Below, one piece after another: positions 32,020-41,822 of a stretch of DNA of 64,000 nt (positions within the stretch are counted from its first letter, which is position 1; each line of letters starts with the position of its first letter). A program made the translations under genes and the position numbers. Where the stretch lies: the NCBI GenBank assembly GCA_037441605.1, contig JBBIRY010000001.1:377-64376 (forward strand), given 5' to 3'. The DNA comes from Actinomycetota bacterium. GTDB taxonomy: Bacteria; Actinomycetota; Aquicultoria; UBA3085; Oleimmundimicrobiaceae. Below the pieces are notes generated by a model. The model searched no databases. It had not been told where the DNA came from and was given only the letters and a program-made list of their open reading frames with translations.

Positions 32020-32415
32020 ATGAAGGACTTGCTGGTTAGAGAGATAATGCATCTTGGTGTGGTCACCTGTAGGCTGGATACTCCTGCCTGCGAGATAGCC
32101 TCACTCATGACCGATCATTCCATCCACTGCATAGTCGTCATCGACGAGGCGGGCGAGGCTTGCGGGGTCATCTCCGATTGGGCTCTCCTTAAGACCTTTG
32201 GCGGCGATATCAAGATGGCCAAGGCCGAAGAGATAATCGACAACAGGCTTTTAACCGTCAGGCCCAACGCGCTGGTTTCCGATGCTGTTAAGATAATGCA
32301 AAATGAACACGTCCACCGCCTCATCGTCATCAGCGAGCCTCCCTTGCGCCGTCCGGTCGGCGTTTTGTCCTCGACCGACATCGTAAAAGAGATGTCAAAA
32401 TATTGCCATCTCTAG
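32020..32415 (+). CDS. CBS-domain pair protein
   Basis: A 131-aa protein with two CBS motifs (IMHLGVVTCRLDTPACEIASLMTDHSIHCIVVID and VRPNALVSDAVKIMQNEHVHRLIVI). Confidence 0.75.
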   Translation: MKDLLVREIMHLGVVTCRLDTPACEIASLMTDHSIHCIVVIDEAGEACGVISDWALLKTFGGDIKMAKAEEIIDNRLLTVRPNALVSDAVKIMQNEHVHRLIVISEPPLRRPVGVLSSTDIVKEMSKYCHL

Positions 32416-32543
32416 TAGGGCTTTGAGCCTTAAAGTCCAAACTCTCCTCCGCTTTGCTTTTTACCCCCAATCAATTATTCTTTGATTTAAACAATTCAAT
32501 AGCCATCGCTCTTTTAAATGGCCCGATCCAAAAGAGGTGACTT

Positions 32544-34376
32544 GTGTTTCGAGCAAGACGCGCCGCTTCAGAAAGATTCATGTCAAGGTTCCTTTCTGCT
32601 CTGATCTTCTCCTTTCTCCTTTTAAACATACTTCCGTCTTCGGCCTTGGCCAAGGATTACCGGTTCAGTGAGGTCAAGATCGAAGCGACCGTGGAGAGGG
32701 ACGGCTCATTTACCGTGGTCGAAGAGAGAAGCTTTCTCTTTGACGGCAGCTTCAGTTGGGCCAGCTATACTCTGCCCATAGGCTACCGCTACGATATAGA
32801 GAACTTCAGCATCGAAGAGAAGGGGACCCCCTTCGTCCGCTCCGATCTTGGGGGAGCGGGAAGCTATCAGTTTGACCGCTTGGATGATTCGGTCTTGGCC
32901 AAATGGTATTTTGCGGCCAAGGACGAGGAGCGGACCTTCACCATCAAATACAGGATAGTCGGCGGGATAGATGTCTACTCCGATCTGGCCCAGTTCTACT
33001 GGAAGTTTGTCGGTGATGGTTGGGATAAACCGACCGAGAGATTTTCGGCCACCCTCAAGCTGCCCGAAGGGGCGGCCAAAGAGTCGATTCGAGCCTGGGG
33101 ACATGGCCCCTTGACCGGAGTTGTAGATATCGTAGATGGCCAGAGCGTGGTATATGAGGCTAGCGATCTTCCCGCCAATACTTTCGTCGAGGGGCGGGTT
33201 CTCTTTCCAAAGAGCTTGGTAGCCGAGGCGGGGCAAGATTACGAGGGGCCGATATTGGAAGAGGCCATAAGAGAAGAGACGGCCCTTGCCAAGGAGGCTA
33301 ACAGACAGAGAGAAGCCGCCAAGGCCGATCTTGAGAAAAGGCTGCAGATTGAGAAGATGGGGCTTGCCAGTTCGATAGTCATCTCTTTTGTCGGCCTTCT
33401 CTTCTTTGTGATCCTTTGGTTTCTATTCGGCAAGGAGTATCCGCCCTCTTTCGATCAGGATTACTTGCGCGAACTTCCGGCTGAGTATCCTCCGGCCGTC
33501 ATGGGCTATCTCATAAACTTCGGGCTTGTGGATGGCAAGGAGATGGTGGCCACCATAATGGATCTGGCCAGGCGGGGCTTTATGACCATCAAAGAAGAGG
33601 AGGTCGAAAGAGAGATCCTCTTTATGACCAAGAGCGACTACGACTACGTGTTGACCAGGCAACAAAGCGATAAGACCCCTCTCAACACCTACGAGTCAAA
33701 CCTCCTGAAGTTTCTCTTTGACGAGGTTGGTGCCAAGAATAGCCCGGTCGCCTTTCGTAGCTTCTTTGAGGGCTTCAAGCAGGAGGCCCAAGCCGCCGCT
33801 AAGGCTCATGGCTTCTTGGAGAGGCGCGGTTCGGTTATAGCCTTAAATGTTGCTGTCTCCTTCATGCTGATCGGGTTTGGGGCTTTTGTCATCTCGGTCT
33901 TTAAGATCGGCTACGGCCTGATATCGATAGTGGTCGGCTTCATCCAGATACTCCTCTCTTTTTTGCTTCGCCGGCGCTCGCCCGAGGCTGCCCTGGATTT
34001 CAAGAAGTGGGAGGCCTTCAAAAGGTTTCTTCTCCATTTCTCAAATCTCAAGGAGGCTCCGCCCTCCTCGATGGTGATCTGGGAGCATTATCTGGTCTAT
34101 GCGGTGGTCCTCGGGGTGGCCGATAAGGTGATAGAAGAGCTCAAGGTGGTCATGCCCGACCTCTTAAAAGAGGAAGGGATCGTCTACCATGGGCCGGCTT
34201 GGTTTGTATCCTCCCGCGGGCTTGAGGGATTGGGCGCGTTAGAGTCCTTCGGTCAGAGCATGTCGCATATGGTCGCGGTCGCAAATAGCGCCATGAGTTC
34301 GGGCAGCGGAGGCGGCGGAGGGTTTTCGGGCGGCGGCGGAGGCGGTGGGGGAGGAAGCGGCGGCGGAGCCGGCTAA
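32544..34376 (+). CDS. DUF2207-family membrane protein with a C-terminal poly-Gly/Ser tail
   Basis: The architecture is a signal peptide, an extracytoplasmic beta-rich domain, TM helices and a terminal SGSGGGGGFSGGGGGGGGGSGGGAG, which matches DUF2207. The start is GTG with an AGAGGTG RBS. Confidence 0.65.
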   Translation: MFRARRAASERFMSRFLSALIFSFLLLNILPSSALAKDYRFSEVKIEATVERDGSFTVVEERSFLFDGSFSWASYTLPIGYRYDIENFSIEEKGTPFVRSDLGGAGSYQFDRLDDSVLAKWYFAAKDEERTFTIKYRIVGGIDVYSDLAQFYWKFVGDGWDKPTERFSATLKLPEGAAKESIRAWGHGPLTGVVDIVDGQSVVYEASDLPANTFVEGRVLFPKSLVAEAGQDYEGPILEEAIREETALAKEANRQREAAKADLEKRLQIEKMGLASSIVISFVGLLFFVILWFLFGKEYPPSFDQDYLRELPAEYPPAVMGYLINFGLVDGKEMVATIMDLARRGFMTIKEEEVEREILFMTKSDYDYVLTRQQSDKTPLNTYESNLLKFLFDEVGAKNSPVAFRSFFEGFKQEAQAAAKAHGFLERRGSVIALNVAVSFMLIGFGAFVISVFKIGYGLISIVVGFIQILLSFLLRRRSPEAALDFKKWEAFKRFLLHFSNLKEAPPSSMVIWEHYLVYAVVLGVADKVIEELKVVMPDLLKEEGIVYHGPAWFVSSRGLEGLGALESFGQSMSHMVAVANSAMSSGSGGGGGFSGGGGGGGGGSGGGAG

Positions 34377-34396
34377 AAAGGGCTTATGAGATCTCT

Positions 34397-35734
34397 CTAA
34401 ACCAGCTCATCGTGATCGTAGACGACCAAGCCGGTGATGAGCTTGGGATAGAAGTAAGTCGACTTTTGCGGCATCTTCTCGCCACCCTTGGCGATCGTTC
34501 TGACCTCTTCGACGGTGGTCGGGTTCAAAAAGAAGGCGATCTCGTAGTCGCCGCGGTCGACGAGCATGACGGCCTCGTCCTCATCCGGGGTGAACTTTAT
34601 AGACTTATGTTTGATGAGATCGCGGCTTTTTGCGCCCAAGATCTTATCAATCAGAAGGCCGTGAAGTACGGTGACATCAAGGCGCCTCCAAGCTTTAGAG
34701 TGAGCCTTAGAGATCACCTGATCCATCATCGCCTCATCTTTCAGCCTCAAGAGATCAAACCGATTTCCACCCAGATAGGCGAGGATGCTGTGGGAGCGGC
34801 CGGCCTCATTTGATAGGGCCTTTAAGGCGGCTGCCTTGGGGTCTTTGCCATCCTCCTCTTTTGAGAACGTCTCTATCTCAAAATACTCTCCTGCCCTTTC
34901 GAGGAAGCTTGTCCGGTCCAGATTGACGATATTCTTTAGCAGCCGATGGGCGGCCAGAACGGTGAGACCGTCTCCGTCCATATTGACGAACATCATCATT
35001 ATGTAGTTGAAGCCGCCGTCCTTCTGCAAGCCCTTGCCGAGCATCTCTTTTCTGTAGTTAAGGGCGGTTTCATAACGGTGGTGACCGTCGGCGATGAAGA
35101 CGGTCTTATCCTTCATCTTCTCCCTTATCTCCTCAATCTTTTTGGGCTTGGTTATGGCGTAGAGGTTGTGGGTGACCCCGTCTTCGTCGATGACGCGGCG
35201 GATCGGATCCGCTTGACTTGCTTCCTTAAGCAAAGGATCTATTTCGCCCTCGCTATCGCCCTCGCTATCGGAGTAGAGCGAGAAGACCTGGCTGAAATTG
35301 GCCCGGCAGGCCCGAATAAGATTTAAACGGTCGGCCTTGGCCTTAGGGAAAGTCTTCTCGTGGGGCAGGACGAGTCCGCTTTCGAATTCCTCCAACCTCA
35401 AGAGAGCGATGAAGCCAAGGCGCCTCTTCTTTTCGCCCTTTATTGTATAGAGCTGTTCGTAGACGAAGATCGCCGGCTCCTCCATAGCGACGAAGATACC
35501 TTTCTCAAGCCAACTTTTAAAATGATCCTTCGCTCTGGTGTACCTGTTTTTGTGGGCGTTATCGCAGGGCTCTTCGCGGCCGAGGATCAATCTGATAATA
35601 TTAAACGGGCTTTTTTCGTAGAATCTTGATTGGGCCTCTTTGGATATGACATCATAAGGCGGGGTGACGACGTCGGCCAGATCTACGTCGTCATCGTTGT
35701 ATAAAAGGCCTTTTAAGGGTTTGATCTCGAGCAA
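34397..35734 (-). CDS. DUF1015-family protein
   Basis: A 445-aa protein. The N-terminus MLEIKPLKGLLYNDDDVDLADVVTPPYDVIS matches the DUF1015 signature (PPYDVI). Confidence 0.6.
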   Translation of the reverse strand: MLEIKPLKGLLYNDDDVDLADVVTPPYDVISKEAQSRFYEKSPFNIIRLILGREEPCDNAHKNRYTRAKDHFKSWLEKGIFVAMEEPAIFVYEQLYTIKGEKKRRLGFIALLRLEEFESGLVLPHEKTFPKAKADRLNLIRACRANFSQVFSLYSDSEGDSEGEIDPLLKEASQADPIRRVIDEDGVTHNLYAITKPKKIEEIREKMKDKTVFIADGHHRYETALNYRKEMLGKGLQKDGGFNYIMMMFVNMDGDGLTVLAAHRLLKNIVNLDRTSFLERAGEYFEIETFSKEEDGKDPKAAALKALSNEAGRSHSILAYLGGNRFDLLRLKDEAMMDQVISKAHSKAWRRLDVTVLHGLLIDKILGAKSRDLIKHKSIKFTPDEDEAVMLVDRGDYEIAFFLNPTTVEEVRTIAKGGEKMPQKSTYFYPKLITGLVVYDHDELV

Positions 35735-35939
35735 GAAACGACACCTCTGGTGATATTTTTCGAAAGCACTACAATTTTAAGGCAGAGCTTAGATTTGGAC
35801 AACAATCTATTTTAACTTTAAAAGGAGACAGCTTCGGCCAGAGTTATGATCAGGGAGGCCGGTTGCTCCGATTTGACCGGGGTGGTCAAGAATTCTTACG
35901 GGCTTGTCGTCGGGGGCGGCTTCTTTTGGGTAAAAATTT

Positions 35940-35957
35940 TGGTATAATCATCAGGTG
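35940..35957 (+). promoter_or_regulatory. Extended -10 promoter (TGGTATAAT). The GTG start codon lies 7 nt downstream, so lysE is probably a leaderless transcript.
   Basis: TATAAT is at 35943-35948, preceded by TGG. GTG is at 35955. There is no RBS. Confidence 0.5.
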
Positions 35958-36602
35958 AAACTTTTAGCCATCTTCTCGGCCACTTTTGTTATCTCATTCT
36001 CTGGGGCCGCCATGCCCGGTCCGCTCCTGACCGTAACCATCAAAGAGAGCCACGAAAAGGGCTTTTGGGCGGGACCGCTTCTTGTTCTCGGCCACGGAAT
36101 CCTGGAGCTTCTCCTCATAGCGGCTCTCATGTTCGGCTTAAAGTCGGCCTTTGAAAGTCCCTTTTTCGTCGGAAGCGTCGGTCTTTTGGGCGGAGGCTTT
36201 CTCTTCTGGATGGGGATCGGCATGATCAAGGAGGCCAAGGCCGGATTGATCGAGCTGAGTTCGCTTAAGACCGCTCCGGTCAAGATGGGTCCGGTTATGG
36301 CCGGCGCCCTGGTTAGCGTATCCAATCCCTATTGGACCATCTGGTGGGCGACGATTGGTCTCGGGTTCGTTTTGGCCGCCTTAAAGGCCGGCCCGGCTGG
36401 TTTGATCGCATTCTACGCGGCCCACATTCTGGCTGATCTTGCTTGGTATAGCTTGGTCTCTTTCATGGTCTCGGCCGGAAAGAGCTTCATCAGCGACCGC
36501 GCTTACCGGGCCATGATCGGCACTTGCGCTATCGCCCTGATGGGGCTTGCCGCCCATTTCATCTCATCTGGCTTTCAGTTCTTTACCGGAGGCGCTCTCT
36601 AA
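35955..36602 (+). CDS. LysE/RhtB-family amino-acid exporter
   Basis: A 215-aa protein with six TM helices. AAMPGPLLTVTIKES and GILELLLIAALMFGL fit the LysE-type translocator pattern. Confidence 0.7.
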   Translation: MKLLAIFSATFVISFSGAAMPGPLLTVTIKESHEKGFWAGPLLVLGHGILELLLIAALMFGLKSAFESPFFVGSVGLLGGGFLFWMGIGMIKEAKAGLIELSSLKTAPVKMGPVMAGALVSVSNPYWTIWWATIGLGFVLAALKAGPAGLIAFYAAHILADLAWYSLVSFMVSAGKSFISDRAYRAMIGTCAIALMGLAAHFISSGFQFFTGGAL

Positions 36603-36609
36603 GGAAGCG

Positions 36610-38697
36610 CTAATGGCCGGTCGCCTCAATCTCCTTCTTTAAGGCTTCCACTATCTTATCTTGGAGCTCTTTTGGGACCTCATCGTAGCGAGCGAACTCA
36701 AAAGAGAACGAACCGCGCCCATGGGCCAAAGAGCGGAGCTCTGTTGCGTAACTCTTCATTTCAGCCTCAGGAACGAATGCTTTGACAAGCTCAAAACCAT
36801 CATCTTGAGGCTCCATGCCCAAGATCCTGCCCCTTTTGCTATTGAGATCACCGATGACGTTGCCCATATAGCTCTCGGGCACCAGCACTTCGACGCTTAG
36901 GATCGGTTCAAGCAAAACCGGCGCGGCCTCGGCCACACCCTTTTTAAAGGCCATCGAAGCGGCTATTTTGAAGGCCATCTCTGAGGAGTCGACCGGATGG
37001 AAAGAGCCATCATTCAAGATGGCCTTGATATCGACGGCTTGATAACCGGCGAGCACCCCCTCCGCCATCGCTTCGCGCAGGCCTTTCTCTACGGCCGGAA
37101 TATACTGCTTGGGAACCGCTCCGCCAAAGATCTTATCCTCAAACTCGAAGCCCGTCCCTTGGGGAAGGGGTTGAAACTCCACCCAAACGTCGCCGTATTG
37201 ACCGCGCCCGCCGGACTGCTTCTTATATTTGCCCTGAACACGAGCGGCTTTTTTGATCGTTTCTTTATAGGCGATCTTCTTATCCTTTAGCTCGGCGGCA
37301 ACACCGTATTTATGGTTCAGCTTGTCCAGCTTCACTTCGATTTGGACATTCCCCATGGCCGAAATGACCGTCTGGGAGGTTTCGTTATCTCGCCGGATAT
37401 CGAAGGTCGCATCTTCCTCGGCCAGTTTAGTCAGGGCCGTACTTAACTTGTCGTCATCCCCCTTGTTCTTCGAGACGATGGCGACCGAATAGACCGGAGT
37501 TGGGAAATCGATCGCCTTCAAGGTTATCGATTTCGATTCGTCGCAGAGGGTATCGTTGCTGTGGGTGACGGCAAGCTTGGGGATGGCGACTATATCGCCG
37601 GCCACCGCTTCGCTCACATCCTTCTGCTCCTTGCCGCACATGGCAAAGAGGTGGCCGATCTTCTCCTTTTTATCTTGGGTCGAGTTATTGACGGTGCTCG
37701 ATGGCTTCATGGTGCCCGAGTAGACACGCACAAAGTTGAGCCTTCCGATATAAGGGTCCGAGATAGTCTTGAAGACCAAAGCGGCTAAAGGTCCGCTAGG
37801 ATCCGGGCTCAAAGAGATCTCTTTGGCATCTCTCCCCTCGAAGGCAAGGGCCGCTCCCCGCTCGCTTGGAGCGGGTAGATATCTTATCATGGCATCGGTT
37901 AGCGGGCTTACGGCCTGATTCTGCAAAGCCGAGCCGCACATGACCAAGGTCAGGCCCCCCTCTTTAACTCCTTTAGAGAGGCCCAAAATCAGCTCCTCAT
38001 CGCTTAAGGTCTCTTCGTTCAAGTATTTATCTAAAAGCGCCTCGTCATTTTCGGCTGCCGCCTCCATGAGCTCTTGCCGGGCCTCGGCTGCCGTCTCCGC
38101 CATATTGCTTGGTATCTCAGTGGCGACGGGCTTTCCCTTATCGAAGATGATCGCCTCCGCTTTAACCAGGTCGATAACGCCCTTAAAATCTTTGCCGGCT
38201 CCAAGAGGGAGCTGGAGGGGAACCAAGGTTCCCTTGATCGAGGCTTTGATTGAAGCCAAGGCCTTATCGAAATCGGCGTTCTCCTTATCCATCTTGTTTA
38301 CGAAGATCAACTTGGCCAATCCTTCTAACTCTGCCATCTTCCAATAAGTCTCGGCCTGAGGCTCAAAGCCGCTTACGGCGTCTATCAACAAGACGGCCCC
38401 ATCCGAGGCCCGAAGGCTGCCTTTGACCTCTCCGACGAAATCGGCATAACCCGGATTGTCTATCAGGTTTATCTTACAATCCTTCCAGTTGAAACTGGCT
38501 ATAGTCGAGGTGAGGGAGATATGCCGTTTTATCTCTTCGGGGTCGTAGTCGCTGACCGTCGAACCGTCATCGACCTTGCCGAGCCTTTCGATCACTCCGG
38601 CATTGAAGAGCATGGCTTCGGTCAGGCTGGTTTTGCCGGCTCCTCCGTGAGACATAAGGCTTACGTTTCTGATCTCCGATGTGGTTATCTTGCCCAT
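36610..38697 (-). CDS. Elongation factor G paralogue (EF-G2-like translational GTPase) with divergent G motifs
   Basis: A 695-aa protein with the five-domain EF-G architecture (G domain, domain II, IV and a V-like C-terminus). G1 is SHGGAGKTS (canonical AHIDAGKTT). G3/switch II is DNPGYADF (canonical DTPGHVDF). G4 is NKMD. Confidence 0.8.
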   Translation of the reverse strand: MGKITTSEIRNVSLMSHGGAGKTSLTEAMLFNAGVIERLGKVDDGSTVSDYDPEEIKRHISLTSTIASFNWKDCKINLIDNPGYADFVGEVKGSLRASDGAVLLIDAVSGFEPQAETYWKMAELEGLAKLIFVNKMDKENADFDKALASIKASIKGTLVPLQLPLGAGKDFKGVIDLVKAEAIIFDKGKPVATEIPSNMAETAAEARQELMEAAAENDEALLDKYLNEETLSDEELILGLSKGVKEGGLTLVMCGSALQNQAVSPLTDAMIRYLPAPSERGAALAFEGRDAKEISLSPDPSGPLAALVFKTISDPYIGRLNFVRVYSGTMKPSSTVNNSTQDKKEKIGHLFAMCGKEQKDVSEAVAGDIVAIPKLAVTHSNDTLCDESKSITLKAIDFPTPVYSVAIVSKNKGDDDKLSTALTKLAEEDATFDIRRDNETSQTVISAMGNVQIEVKLDKLNHKYGVAAELKDKKIAYKETIKKAARVQGKYKKQSGGRGQYGDVWVEFQPLPQGTGFEFEDKIFGGAVPKQYIPAVEKGLREAMAEGVLAGYQAVDIKAILNDGSFHPVDSSEMAFKIAASMAFKKGVAEAAPVLLEPILSVEVLVPESYMGNVIGDLNSKRGRILGMEPQDDGFELVKAFVPEAEMKSYATELRSLAHGRGSFSFEFARYDEVPKELQDKIVEALKKEIEATGH

Positions 38698-38830
38698 CTA
38701 ATCACCCTTTCGAACCACTTGGCAAAGAAAGCAAAATTATCTACACATTTCGACATCAAGCCCAGACAACCTTCATTATTTTGCAAATGATTTAGAAGCA
38801 AGGCGGAAAGGTTTTGAGCAAGCACCGAAA

Positions 38831-39499
38831 TTAACGGCTTAAGGGCCGTTTTTTGGGAAGGATGGTTATGAGTATCAGCCCGCCAAGGAATCCTCCGATA
38901 TGGGCAAACCAGGCCACCCCGCCCGCCTCCATCGTGGCCGAGGTGATAGAAAAATAACCGCTCAACAACTGGATGGCGAACCAAAAACCGATGACGACGA
39001 GAGCGGGCAGGCGGATGATTGTAAAGAAGAAGAAGAGCGGAATGGCCACATCGACGCCGGCCAAAGGGAAGAGAACGAGATAGGCGGCGAGAACTCCGGC
39101 GATGGCTCCGCTTGCCCCTAAGCTTGGCAAGGTTGAGGTGGGATTGGCGGCGATATGGGCAGACGATCCGGCCAGCCCGGCCAGAAGATAGAAGATTAGA
39201 AAACCGAAGTGACCGAGAGCGTCCTCAACATTATTGCCAAATATCCAAAGATAGAGCATGTTGCCGAAGAGATGAAACCAGCCGCCGTGAAGAAAAATGG
39301 ATGTGAGCATGGTGAGAAGGACGGCTGGAGATCTATCTGCCAATATGATCGCGGGCGTAGCTCCAAAGCTTCTCACGAAGGCATCGAGGCCGCTTCCTAA
39401 GCTCAGCTCGAAGATGAAGACGGCCGAATTTATGGCGATCAAAGCCAGAGTTATGATCGGAAAGGTGCGGGCGGGATTCTCGTCTCTGATCGGTATCAT
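38831..39499 (-). CDS. Rhomboid-family intramembrane serine protease
   Basis: The catalytic GASGAIAG and the H..N region (HIGGFLGG) are present, with six or seven TM helices. The start is MIPIRDENPAR with a GGAGGG RBS. Confidence 0.8.
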   Translation of the reverse strand: MIPIRDENPARTFPIITLALIAINSAVFIFELSLGSGLDAFVRSFGATPAIILADRSPAVLLTMLTSIFLHGGWFHLFGNMLYLWIFGNNVEDALGHFGFLIFYLLAGLAGSSAHIAANPTSTLPSLGASGAIAGVLAAYLVLFPLAGVDVAIPLFFFFTIIRLPALVVIGFWFAIQLLSGYFSITSATMEAGGVAWFAHIGGFLGGLILITILPKKRPLSR

Positions 39500-39600
39500 A
39501 TACCCTCCTTCCAAGAATCATTTTACGGCGCTCAAATTGACAAAGCAAACTTGCAATCCTATGATTGTTTTATTATTCTGGTCAAAAAATAGGAGGAGAT

Positions 39601-40158
39601 ATGTTGCTTAGTCCCATGTTGTTTCTGATAATCCTGCTCTTCATTCCCATCATGCTTGTCATCACCACCTACAATGCCTTTGTAACCTTTAGAAACCGGA
39701 TAGATAACGCTTGGTCACAGATAGATGTTCAACTCAAGAGGCGCTACGATCTCATCCCCAATCTTGTCGAGACGGTCAAGGGTTACGCCGCCCACGAGAA
39801 GGAGCTTTTCGAGAAGGTAACCCAAGCCCGTGCCCAGGCCATAAACGCGAGCGGCGTCGCCGAGCAGGCTCAGGCCGAGAACGCCCTTTCGTCCACTTTA
39901 AAGTCTCTCTTTGCGGTGGCTGAAGCCTACCCCGACCTCAAAGCCAATCAGAATTTCATGATGCTCCAAGAGGAGCTGGCTGGAACCGAAAGCAAGATAG
40001 CCTACGCCCGTCAGTTCTATAACGATACCGTCATGAAGTTCAATACGGCCATTCAGAAGTTTCCCGGCAATATTATCGCTTCGATCTTCGGCTTTGCAGC
40101 CCGCGAGTATTTCGAGGCGGAAGAGGTTTCAAAGGAGCCGGTCAAAGTATCCTTCTAG
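39601..40158 (+). CDS. lemA: LemA-family protein
   Basis: An N-terminal TM helix, then [42 protein letters not shown], which is the typical LemA sequence. The start is the ATG after GGAGGAG. Confidence 0.8.
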   Translation: MLLSPMLFLIILLFIPIMLVITTYNAFVTFRNRIDNAWSQIDVQLKRRYDLIPNLVETVKGYAAHEKELFEKVTQARAQAINASGVAEQAQAENALSSTLKSLFAVAEAYPDLKANQNFMMLQEELAGTESKIAYARQFYNDTVMKFNTAIQKFPGNIIASIFGFAAREYFEAEEVSKEPVKVSF

Positions 40159-40224
40159 GTCAAGCCCTTGCTTTTGCCCACTTCAATTAAGTCTTTAAAA
40201 TAATCCAATCCTTGGTGATGCATC

Positions 40225-41124
40225 GTGTATGAGGAGATTTCCAGCAACATCAGAAGATCTTGGGCGATGATGATAATCTTTATCATCTTCGTCGTCTTTT
40301 TGGGCTATATCTTTGGCCAGGTTACCGACTTCGGTTATGCGGGCGTGGTCTTGGCGATTATCGTCGCCATCGCCATGAGCTGGACCGGTTATTATTACAG
40401 CGACAAGATCATCCTTTCCATGAGCCGGGCTCGCCCGGTCGAAAAGGGGGAGTTTCCCTATCTCTACAATGTGATAGAAGGCCTTTCAATCGCGGCCGGT
40501 CTGCCTACCCCCAAAATGTACGTCATCGAGGATACCGCCCCCAACGCCTTTGCCACCGGGCGCGACCCGGAGCACTCGGCGGTCGCCGTTACGACCGGCC
40601 TTCTGGCCAAGCTCGATCGGGTTGAGCTGGAGGGGGTCATCGCTCACGAGATGAGTCACATCAAGAACTACGACATTAAGCTCGCGAGCCTGGCCGTGGT
40701 CATGGTCGGGATCGTCACCTTGCTCGCCGACTGGCTGTTGCGCTCATTTTGGTGGGGCGGCCGAAGGGACCGCGATGACGATAATGCTTTTGGGGCGGTC
40801 CTCATGCTGATCGGGCTCGTCATGGCCATCTTGGCTCCGATAATCGCTCAACTTATGCGCCTTGCCCTCTCCAGGCAGAGGGAGTTTTTGGCCGACGCGA
40901 GCGGGGCGATGCTGACCCGCTATCCAGAGGGGTTAGCCTCAGCCTTAGAGAAGCTTGCCTCCGACCGTGAGCCGCTCGAAGCGGCCAATAAGGCGACCGC
41001 CCATCTCTATATCGTCAATCCCTTAAAGGGTATGGGCGGGGCGGTGAACAATCTCTTCAATACCCATCCGCCGATTAGCGAAAGGGTGGCCAAGCTTCGC
41101 GCCATGTCTTTTGAGTCCGCTTAA
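40225..41124 (+). CDS. htpX: HtpX-like M48-family zinc metalloprotease
   Basis: HEMSHIKNYD carries the HExxH motif. The protein has TM helices and the C-terminal NTHPPISERV motif of HtpX. Confidence 0.8.
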   Translation: MYEEISSNIRRSWAMMIIFIIFVVFLGYIFGQVTDFGYAGVVLAIIVAIAMSWTGYYYSDKIILSMSRARPVEKGEFPYLYNVIEGLSIAAGLPTPKMYVIEDTAPNAFATGRDPEHSAVAVTTGLLAKLDRVELEGVIAHEMSHIKNYDIKLASLAVVMVGIVTLLADWLLRSFWWGGRRDRDDDNAFGAVLMLIGLVMAILAPIIAQLMRLALSRQREFLADASGAMLTRYPEGLASALEKLASDREPLEAANKATAHLYIVNPLKGMGGAVNNLFNTHPPISERVAKLRAMSFESA

Positions 41125-41258
41125 GGGCAGGTATTCTAGTCCTTCAAGATGTCGAACCCCCTTGCCTCAAACGTCCCCTTGGTCAAGGGGGCGTTGACAA
41201 CTTTGTTAAGTAGTTTTAAAATTTTAAAAGTATTTAAATTAGCGCGGAGTTAAGGATT

Positions 41259-41531
41259 ATGGCGGATGATCTAAAGGTAAAGGTGTTTAAGGCTCTCTCC
41301 GATCAGACCAGGTGTGAGCTGGTAAAGCGGATGATCGGCGGCGAGGTATCTTGCGATCTGATCTCCAAGGACTTCGAACTCTCAAGGCCCGCCCTCTCCC
41401 ATCACATCAGGGTCTTAAGGGAGTCGAGTCTGATAATCTTGAGGAAGGATGGGCAGTTTCATCATTATGCTCTCAACCTTATCTTCATCGAGAAGAACCT
41501 GCCCGGGCTGATGGAAGTGCTTAAGAAATGA
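41259..41531 (+). CDS. ArsR/SmtB-family transcriptional regulator
   Basis: FKALSDQTRCELVKRMIGGEVSCDLISKDFELSRPALSHHIRVLRESSLI is the typical winged-HTH ArsR sequence. Confidence 0.8.
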   Translation: MADDLKVKVFKALSDQTRCELVKRMIGGEVSCDLISKDFELSRPALSHHIRVLRESSLIILRKDGQFHHYALNLIFIEKNLPGLMEVLKK

Positions 41532-41544
41532 GGGGTGATTTATC

Positions 41545-41817
41545 ATGGATCTTACCATTTACATAAAGGATAACTGCGCCGAGTCGGAGAAGGCTCTTGA
41601 ACTCGCCTCCTTCTTGAAGAGCTTGAACCCGGCCGTAAATTTGAGCATCATAAATGTCGACCGGGCGAGCGATCTTGACGGGGGGCTCGATATGGTCGCT
41701 CTCTCTCAAGGCAGACCGGTTTATGTTCTAAACGGCCGGATCATCAATCTTGGCAACCTTAAGGATTCGTTGGTTTTGCGGGAGATACTCTACCAAGAGG
41801 GCGTGGTATTCCACTAA
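41545..41817 (+). CDS. Thioredoxin-fold / glutaredoxin-like small protein with a single-Cys CxxS motif (CAES)
   Basis: MDLTIYIKDNCAESEKALELASFL resembles the Grx/NrdH N-terminus, but the second Cys is replaced by Ser. Length is 90 aa. It is probably co-transcribed with arsR. Confidence 0.4.
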   Translation: MDLTIYIKDNCAESEKALELASFLKSLNPAVNLSIINVDRASDLDGGLDMVALSQGRPVYVLNGRIINLGNLKDSLVLREILYQEGVVFH

Positions 41818-41822
41818 AATTT

